This document shows, piece after piece, positions 55,201 through 64,000 of a stretch of 64,000 nucleotides of DNA (the stretch's first letter is position 1; each line of letters opens with the position of its first letter). Position numbers and translations under genes: made by a program. Under the pieces are notes generated by a model. That model was not told where the DNA came from, did not search any database, and saw nothing but the letters and a program-made list of their open reading frames with translations. The DNA is from Eledone cirrhosa (lineage: Eukaryota), in the NCBI GenBank assembly GCA_964016885.1, contig OZ024744.1, positions 18,600,001-18,664,000 of the forward strand, written 5' to 3'.

Positions 55201-58200
55201 GTGTATGTCTGTGTCACTGTGTATGTCACTGTGTGTTTCTGTATGTCTGTGTCACTGTGTATGTCACAGTTTGTTTCTGTATATATGTGTCTCTGTGTAT
55301 GTCACTGTAGTTTTGTGTATGTCTGTGTCACTGTGTGTTTCTGTATGTCTGTGTCACTGTGTATGTCACTGTATGTTTCTGTATGTCTGTGTCACTGTGT
55401 ATGTCACCGTATGTGCGTGTATGTCTGTGTCACGGTGTATGTCACTGTATCTTAGTGTATGCCTGTGTCACTGTGTATGTCACTGTGAGTTTCTGTATGT
55501 CTGTGTCTCTGTGTATGTCACTGTATCTTTGTGCATGTATGTGTCACTGTGTATGTCACTGTATGTTTCTGTATGTCTGTGTCACTGTATATCACTGTGT
55601 GTTTCTGTATATCTGTGTCTCTGTGTATGTCACTGTATCTTTGTGTATGTCTGGGTCACTGTGTATGTCACTGTATATTTGTGTATGTCTGTGTCACGGT
55701 GTATATCACTGTATGTTTGTGTATGTCTGTGTCACTGTGTATATCACTGTGTGTTTCTGTATGTCTGTGTCACTGTGTATATCAATGTGTGTTTCTGTAT
55801 CTCTGTGTCACGGTGTATGTCACTGCATGTTTGTGTATGTCTGTGTGACTGTGTATGTCACTGTGTGTTTCTGTATGGCTGTGTCACTGTGTATGTCACT
55901 GTATCTTTGTGTATGTCTGTGTCACTGTGTATGTCACAGTGTGTTTCTGTATGTCTGTGTCACTGTATATGTCACTGTATCTTTCTGAATGTCTGTGTCA
56001 CTGTGTATGTCACTGTGTGTTTCTGTATGTCTGTGTCACGGTGTATGTCACTGTATGTTTGTGTGTGACTGTGTCACTGTGTATGTCACTGTGTGTTTGT
56101 GTATGTCTGTGTCACTGTAAGTTTTTGTATGTCTGTGTCACTGTGTATGTCACTGTGTGTTTCTGGATGTCTGTGTCACTGTGTATGTCATTGTATCTTT
56201 GTGTATGTCTGTGTCACTGTGTATGTCACTGTATGTTTCTGTAAGTTTGTGTCACTGTGTATGTCACTGTGTGTTTCTGTATGTCTGTGTCTCTGTGTAT
56301 GTCACTGTATGTTTCTGTATGTCTGTTTCACTGTGTATGTCACTGTGTCTTTATGTATGTCTGTGTCACTCTGTATGTCACTGTATATTTCTGTATGTCT
56401 GTGTCACTGTGTATATCACTGTATGTTTCTGTATGTCTGTGTCACTGTGTATGTCACTGTGTGTTTCTGTATGGCTGTGTCACTGTGTATGTCACTGTAT
56501 CTTTGTGTATGTCTGTGTCACTGTGAATGTCACAGTGTGTTTCTGTATGTCTGTGTCACTGTCTATGTCACTGTATGTTTCTGAATGTCTGTGTCACTGT
56601 GTATGTCAATGTGTGTTTGTGTATGTCTGTGTCACTGTATGTTTCTGTATGTCTGTGTCACTGTGTATGTCACTGTGTGTTTCTGTATGTCTGTGTCACT
56701 GTGTATGACATTGTATCTTGGTGTATGTCTGTGTCACTGTGTATGTCACTGTATGTTTCTGTATGTTTGTGTCACTGTGTATGTCACTGTGTGTTTCTGT
56801 ATGTTTGTGTCTCTGTGTATGTCACTGTATGTTTCTGTATGTCTGTTTCACTGTGTATGTCATTGTGTCTTTATGTATGTCTGTGTCACTCTGTATGTCA
56901 CTGTATATTTCTGTATATCTGTGTCACTGTGTATGTCACTGTATGTTTCTGTATGTCTGTGTCACTGTGTATGTCACTGTATGCTTCTGTATGTCTGTGT
57001 CACTGTGTATGTCACTGTATCTTTGTGTATGTCTGTGTCCCTGTGTATGTCACTGTATGTTTCTGTATGTTTGTGTCACTGTGTATGTCACTGTGTGTTT
57101 CTGTATGTCTGTGTCACTGTGTATGTCACTGTGTGTTTCTGTATGTTTGTGTTACTGTGTATGTCACTAAATGTTTGTGTGTGTCTGTGTTTCTGTGTAT
57201 GTCACTGTTTGTTTGCGTGTGTCTGTGTCACTGTGTATGTCACTGTATGTTTATGTATGTCTGTTTCACTGTGTATGTCACTGTGTGTTTCTGTATGTCT
57301 GTGTCACTCTGTATGTCACTGTATATTTCTGTATATCTGTGTCACTGTGTATGTCACTGTATGTTTCTGTATGTCTGTGTCACTGTGTATGTCACTGTGT
57401 GTTTCTGTATGTCTGTGTCACTGTATATGTCACTGTATCTTTGTGTATGCCTGTGTCACTGTTTATGTGACTGTATGTTTCTGTATGTCTGTTTCAGTGT
57501 GTATGTCACTGTATATTTGTGTATGTCTGTGTCACTCTGTATGTCACTGTGTGTTTCTGTATGTCTGTGTCACTATGTATGCCACTGTATGTTTGTGTTA
57601 TCTGTGTCATTGTATATGTCACTGGGTGTTTCTGTATGTCTGTGTCACTGTGTATGACACTGTGTGTTTCTGTATGTATGTATCACTGTGTATGTCACTG
57701 TGTGTTTCTGTATGTCTGTGTCACTATGTAAGTCATTGTATCTTTGTGTATGTCTGTGGCACTCTGTATGTTGTTGTGTGTTTCTGTATGTATGTGTCTC
57801 TGTGTATGTCACTGTATCTTTGTGTATGTATGTGTCACTGTGTATGTTACTGTGAGTTTATGTATGTCTGTGTCACTGTGTATGTCACTGTATGTCTATG
57901 TATGTCTGTGTCACTGTCTATGTCACTGTATCTTTGTGTATGTCTGTATCACTGTGTATGTCACTGTGTGTTTATGTATGTCTGTGTCTCTGTGTATGTC
58001 ACTGTATCTTTGCGTATGTCTGCGTCACTGTGTATGTCACTGTGTGTTTCTGTATGTCTGTGTAACTGTGTATGTCACAGTGTGTTTCTGTATATCTGTG
58101 TCTCTGTGTATGTCACTGTATCTTTGTGTATGTCTGTGTCACTGTGTATGTCACTGTATGTTTCTGTATGTATGTTTCACTGTGTATGTCACTAAATGTT

Positions 58201-59830
58201 TGTGTGTGTCTGTGTCTCTGTGTATGTCACTGTGTGTTTGCGTGTGTCTGTGTCACTGTGTATGTCACTGTTTGTTTCTGTATGTCTGTGTGACTGTGTA
58301 TGTCACTGTTTGTTTGTGTATGTCTGTGTCACTGTGTGTGTTTCTGTATGTCTGTGTCACTGTGTATGTCATTGCATCTTTGTGTATGTCTGTGTCACTC
58401 TGTATGTCACTGTGTCTTTCTGCATGTCTGTGTCACTGTGTATGTCACTGTGTGTTCCTGTATGTCTGTGTCACTGTGTATGTCACTGTATGTTTCTGTA
58501 TGTCTGTTTCACTGTGTATATCACTGTGTGTTTCTGTATGTCTGTGTCACTGTATATGTCACTGTATCTTTGTGTATGCCTGTGTCACTGTCTATGTCAC
58601 TGTATGTTTCTGTATGTCTGTTTCACTGTGTATGTCACTGTATATTTGTGTATGTCTGTGTCACTCTGTATGTCACTGTGTGTTTCTGTATGTCTGTGTC
58701 ACTATGCATGTCACTGTATGTTTGTGTTGTCTGTGTCATTGTGTATGTCACTGGGTGTTTCTGTATGTCTGTGTCACTGTGTATGACACTGTGTCTTTCT
58801 GTATGTATGTATCACTGTGTATGTCACTGCGTGTATCTGTATGTCTGTGTCACTTTGTAAGTCATTGTATCTTTGTGTATGTCTGTGGCACTCTGTATGT
58901 CGTTGTGTGTTTCTGTATTTATGTGTCTCTGTGTATGTCACTGTATATTTGTGTATGTATGTGTCACTGTGTATGTCACTGTGAGTTTCTCTATGTCTGT
59001 GTCACTGTGTATGTCACTGTATGTCTCTGTATGTCTGTGTCACTGTCTATGTCACTGTATCTTTGTGTATGTCTGTGTCACTGTGTATGTCACTGTGTGT
59101 TTATGTATTTCTGTGTCTCTGTGTATGCCACTGTATCTTTGTGTATGTCTGCGTCACTGTGTATGTCACTGTGTGCTTCTGTATGTCTATGTCACTGTGT
59201 ATGTCACAGTGTGTTTCTGTATATATGTGTCTCTGTGTATGTCACTGTATCTTTGTGTATGTCTGTGTCACTGTGTGTTTCTGTATGTCTGTGTCACTGT
59301 GTATGTCACTGTATGTTTGTGTGTGTCTGTGTCACTGTGTATGTCACTGTGTGTTTGTGTATGTCTGTGTCACTGTATGTTTCTGTATGGCTGTGTCACT
59401 GTGTATGTCACTGTTTGTTTCTGTATGTATGTGTCACTGTGTATGTCACCGTATGTGTGTGTATGTCTGTGTCACGGTGTATGTCACTGTATCTTTGTGT
59501 ATGCCTGTGTCACTGTGTATGTCACTGTGTGTTTCTGTATGTCTGTGTCACTGTGTATGTCACTGTATGTTTGTGTATGCCTGTGTCACTGTGTATGTCG
59601 CTGTGTGTTTCTGTATGTCTGTGTCACTGTGTATGTCACTGTGTGTTTCTGTATGTCGGTGTCACTGTGTATATCACTGTGTGTTTCTGTATATCTGTGT
59701 CTCTGTGTATGTCACTGTTTGTTTGCGTGTGTCTGTGTCACTGTGTATGTCACTGTGTGTTTCTGTATGTCTGTGTGACTGTGTATGTCACTGTGTGTTT
59801 GTGTATGTCTGTGTCACTGTATGTTTCTGT

Positions 59831-60578
59831 ATGTCTGTGTCACTGTGTATGTCACTGTGTGTGTCTGTATGTATGTGTCACCGTGTATGTCACTGTATCT
59901 TTGTGTATGCCTGTGTCACTGTGTATGTCACTGTGTGTTTCTGTATGTTTGTGTCACTGTGTATGTCACTAAATGTTTGTGTGTGTCTGTGTCTCTGTGT
60001 ATGTCACTGTGTGTTTGCGTGTGTCTGTGTCACTGTGTATGTCACTGTGTGTTTCTGTATGTCTGTGTGACTGTGTATGTCACTGTTTGTTTGTGTATGT
60101 CTGTGTCACTGTGTGTGTTTCTGTATGTCTGTGTCACTGTGTATGTCATTGCATCTTTGTGTATGTCTGTCTCACTCTGTATGTCACTGTGTGTTTCTGC
60201 ATGTCTGTGTCACTGTGTATGTCACTGTGTGTTTCTGTATGTATGTGTCACCGTGTATGTCACTGTATCTTTGTGTATGCCTGTGTCACTGTGTATGTCA
60301 CTGTGTGTTTCTGTATGTTTGTGTCACTGTGTATGTCACTAAATGTTTGTGTGTGTCTGTGTCTCTGTGTATGTCACTGTGTGTTTGCGTGTGTCTGTGT
60401 CACTGTGTATGTCACTGTGTGTTTCTGTATGTCTGTGTGACTGTGTATGTCACTGTTTGTTTGTGTATGTCTGTGTCACTGTGTGTGTTTCTGTATGTCT
60501 GTGTCACTGTGTATGTCATTGCATCTTTGTGTATGTCTGTCTCACTCTGTATGTCACTGTGTGTTTCTGCATGTCTGT
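59831..60578. repeat. Local tandem duplication, period 370 bp (9x38 + 28)
   Basis: ORF pairs 59973/60343 and 60077/60447 differ by 370, with the same variant order in both copies. Confidence 0.88.
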
Positions 60579-63500
60579 TTCACTGTGTATGTCACTGTGT
60601 GTTTCTGTATGTCTGTGTCACGGTGTATGTCACTGTACGTTTGTGTGTGACTGTGTCACTGTGTATGTCACTAAATGTTTGTGTGTGACTGTGTCACTGT
60701 GTATGTCACTATTTGTTTGCGTGTGTCTGTGTCACTGTGTATGTCACTGTATGTTTCTGTATGTCTGTGTCACTTTGTATGTCACTGTGTGTTTCTGTGT
60801 GTATGTGTCACCGTGTATGTCACTGTATCTTTGTGTATGCCTGTGTCACTGTGTATGTCACTGTGTGTTTCTGTATGTTTGTGTCACTGTGTATGTCACT
60901 AAATGTTTGTGTGTGTCTGTGTCACTGTGTATGTCACTGTGTGTTTCTGTATGTCTGTGTGACTGTGTATGTCACTGTTTGTTTGCGTATGTCTGTGTCA
61001 CTGTGTGTGTTTCTGTATGTCTGTGTCACTGTGTATGTCATTGCATCTTTGTGTATGTCTGTCTCACTGTGTATGTCACTGTGTGTTTCTGCATGTCTGT
61101 GTCACTGTGTACGTCACTGTGTGTTTCTGTATGTCTGTGTCACTGTGTATGTCACTGTATGTTTCTGTATGTCTCTCTCACTGTGTATATCACTGTGTGT
61201 TTCTGTATGTCTGTGTCACTGTATATGTCACTGTATCTTTGTGTATGCCTGTGTCACTGTCTATGTCACTGTATGTTTCTGTATGTATGTTTCACTGCGT
61301 ATGTCACTGTATATTTGTGTATGTCTGTGTCACTCTGTATGTCACTGTGTGTTTCTGTATGTCTGTGTCACTATGTATGCCACTGTATATTTGTGTTGTC
61401 TGTGTCATTGTGTATGTCACTGGGTGTTTCTCTATGTCTGTGTCACTGTGTATGACACTGTGTCTTTCTGTATGTATGTATCACTGTGTATGTCACTGTG
61501 TGTATCTGTATGTCGGTGTCACTGTGTAAGTCATTGTATCTTTGTGTATGTCTGTGGCACTCTGTATGTCGTTATGTGTTTCTGTATGTATGTGTCTCTG
61601 TGTATGTCACTGTATATTTGTGTATGTATGTGTCACTGTGTATGTCACTGTGAGTTTCTCTATGTCTGTGTCACTGTGTATGTCACTGTATGTCTCTGTA
61701 TGTCTGTGTCACTGTCTATGTCACTGTATCTTTGTGTATGTCTGTGTCACTGTGTATGTCACTGTGTGTTTCTGTATGTCTGTGTCACTGTGTATGTCAC
61801 AGTTTGTTTCTGTATATATGTGTCTCTGTGTATGTCACTGTAGTTTTGTGTATGTCTGTGTCACTGTGTGTTTCTGTATGTCTGTGTCACTGTGTATGTC
61901 ACTGTATGTTTCTGTATGTCTGTGTCACTGTGTATGTCACTGTTTGTTTCTGTATGTATGTGTCACTGTGTATGTCACCGTATGTGTGTGTATGTCTGTG
62001 TCACGGTGTATGTCACTGTATCTTAGGGTATGCCTGTGTCACTGTGTATGTCACTGTGAGTTTCTGTATGTCTGTGTCTCTGTGTATGTCACTGTATCTT
62101 TGTGCATGTATGTGTCACTGTGTATGTCACTGCATGTTTGTGTATGTCTGTGTGACTGTGTATGTCACTGTGTGTTTCTGTATGGCTATGTCACTGTGTA
62201 TGTCACTGTATCTTTGTGTATGTCTGTGTCACTGTGTATGTCACAGTGTGTTTCTGTATGTCTGTGTCACTGTATATGTCACTGTATGTTTCTGAATGTC
62301 TGTGTCACTGTGTATGTCACTGTGTGTTTCTGTATGTCTGTGTCACGGTGTATGTCACTGTATGTTTGTGTGTGACTGTGTCACTGTGTATGTCACTGTG
62401 TGTTTGTGTATGTCTGTGTCACTGTAAGTTTCTGTATGTCTGTGTCACTGTATATGTCACTGTGTGTTTCTGGATGTCTGTGTCACTGTGTATGTCACTG
62501 TATCTTTGTGTATGTCTGTGTCCCTGTGTATGTCACTGTATGTTTCTGTATGTTTGTGTCACTGTGTATGTCACTGTGTGTTTCTGTATGTCTGTGTCAC
62601 TGTGTATGTCACTGTGTGTTTCTGTATGTTTGTGTCACTGTGTATGTCACTAAATGTTTGTGTGTGTCTGTGTCTCTGTGTATGTCACTGTTTGTTTGCG
62701 TGCGTCTGTGTCACTGTGTATGTCACTGTGTGTTTCTGTATGTCTGTGTGACTGTCTATGTCACTGTGTGTTTCTGTATGTTTGTGTCACTGTGTATGTC
62801 ACTAAATGTTTGTGTGTGTCTGTGTCTCTGTGTATGTCACTGTTTGTTTGCGTGTGTCTGTGTCACTGTGTATGTCACTGTATGTTTCTGTATGTCTGTG
62901 TCACTTTGTATGTCACTGTGTGTTTCTGTATGTATGTGTCACCGTGTATGTCACTGTATCTTTGTGTATGCCTGTGTCACTGTGTATGTCACTGTGTGTT
63001 TCTGTATGTTTGTGTCACTGTGTATGTCACTAAATGTTTGTGTGTGTCTGTGTCACTGTGTATGTCACAGTGTGTTTCTGTATGTCTGGGTGACTGTGTA
63101 TGTCACTGTTTGTTTGTGTATGTCTGTGTCACTGTGTGTGTTTCTGTATGTCTGTGTCACTGTGTATGTCATTGCATCTTTGTGTATGTCTGTCTCACTG
63201 TGTATGTCACTGTGTGTTTCTGCATGTCTGTGTCACTGTGTATGTCACTGTGTGTTTCTGTATGTCTGTGTCACTGTGTATGTCACTGTATGTTTCTGTA
63301 TGTCTCTTTCACTGTGTATATCACTGTGTGTTTCTGTATGTCTGTGTCACTGTATATGTCACTGTATCTTTGTGTATGCCTGTGTCACTGTCTATGTCAC
63401 TGTATGTTTCTGTATGTCTGTTTCACTGTGTATGTCACTGTATATTTGTGTATGTCTGTGTCACTCTGTATGTCACTGTGTGTTTCTGTATGTCTGTGTC

Positions 63501-64000
63501 ACTATGTATGCCACTGTATATTTGTGTTGTCTGTGTCATTGTGTATGTCACTGGGTGTTTCTGTATGTCTGTGTCACTGTGTATGACACTGTGTCTTTCT
63601 GTATGTATGTATCACTGTGTATGTCACTGTGTGTATCTGTATGTCGGTGTCACTGTGTAAGTCATTGTATCTTTGTGTATGTCTGTGGCACTCTGTATGT
63701 CGTTGTGTGTTTCTGTATGTATGTGTCTCTGTGTATGTCACTGTATATTTGTGTATGTATGTGTCACTGTGTATGTCACTGTGAGTTTCTCTATGTCTGT
63801 GTCACTGTGTATGTCACTGTATGTCTCTGTATGTCTGTGTCACTGTCTATGTCACTGTATCTTTGTGTATGTCTGTGTCACTGTGTATGTCACTGTGTGT
63901 TTCTGTATGTCTGTGTCACTGTGTATGTCACAGTTTGTTTCTGTATATATGTGTCTCTGTGTATGTCACTGTAGTTTTGTGTATGTCTGTGTCACTGTGT

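Larger units (their letters stand above)
1..64000. repeat. Tandem satellite array, 38-bp monomer GTCACTGTGTATGTCACTGTGTGTTTCTGTATGTCTGT, about 1,700 head-to-tail copies, running off both window ends
   Basis: The monomer is readable throughout, with GTCAC anchors alternating at 12/26-bp spacing. I saw no unique sequence or strand inversion. All three + frames translate to permutations of one 38-aa (114-bp, three-monomer) repeat. Confidence 0.99.

Noticed and set aside
2-63974. Hundreds of long + strand ORFs (up to 924 aa at 12792-15566) rich in Cys/His, superficially metallothionein-, zinc-finger- or membrane-protein-like
   Set aside because: The consensus has no TAA/TAG/TGA on the + strand, so all three frames are open at once and encode the same permuted repeat. 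Indels of 1, 2, 10, 26 and 28 bp are not frame-preserving, and stops arise only from scattered variants.
1-64000. CRISPR-like array (repeat length in the 26-38 bp range with variable segments)
   Set aside because: There are no unique spacers: the variable parts are point variants of one consensus and are themselves repeated. There is no leader or cas gene.
1-64000. Genuine Ig/TCR V, D or J segments next to the RSS-like motifs
   Set aside because: No V-domain or J (W/F-G-X-G) coding sequence is present and there are no convergent RSS pairs. The heptamers are flanked only by more satellite.
1-64000. Variant pattern as an encoded message or diversity-generating cassette library
   Set aside because: The variant order is explained by nested duplication of a limited set of haplotypes. 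No expression site, recombinase or template/variable pair is present.

Overview
The whole 64-kb window is one uninterrupted, single-orientation tandem satellite array, probably eukaryotic heterochromatin. I cannot assign the organism or a named satellite family. The consensus monomer is 38 bp, GTCACTGTGTAT-GTCACTGTGTGTTTCTGTATGTCTGT (12-bp + 26-bp subunits; T18 G10 C6 A4), present in roughly 1,700 copies. It sits on a (NT)n dinucleotide scaffold. I find no credible protein or RNA genes, transposons or CRISPR arrays; the hundreds of C/V/M/S/L/Y/H-rich ORFs exist only because the consensus has no + strand stop codon. Diagnostic variants show a nested higher-order structure: 29 copies of a 37-bp landmark monomer block in four subtypes, ~7.6-kb higher-order repeats, and recent tandem duplications of 152, 370, 408, 482, 1572, 2511 and 2527 bp. 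The most unusual observation is that the monomer reads as a V(D)J recombination-signal-like element: a perfect heptamer CACAGTG on the minus strand plus a 7/9 nonamer-like motif at 22-nt or 12-nt spacing. This may be coincidence in CA-rich DNA but is testable. Offsets come from the ORF track and by-eye comparison, so boundaries are approximate.
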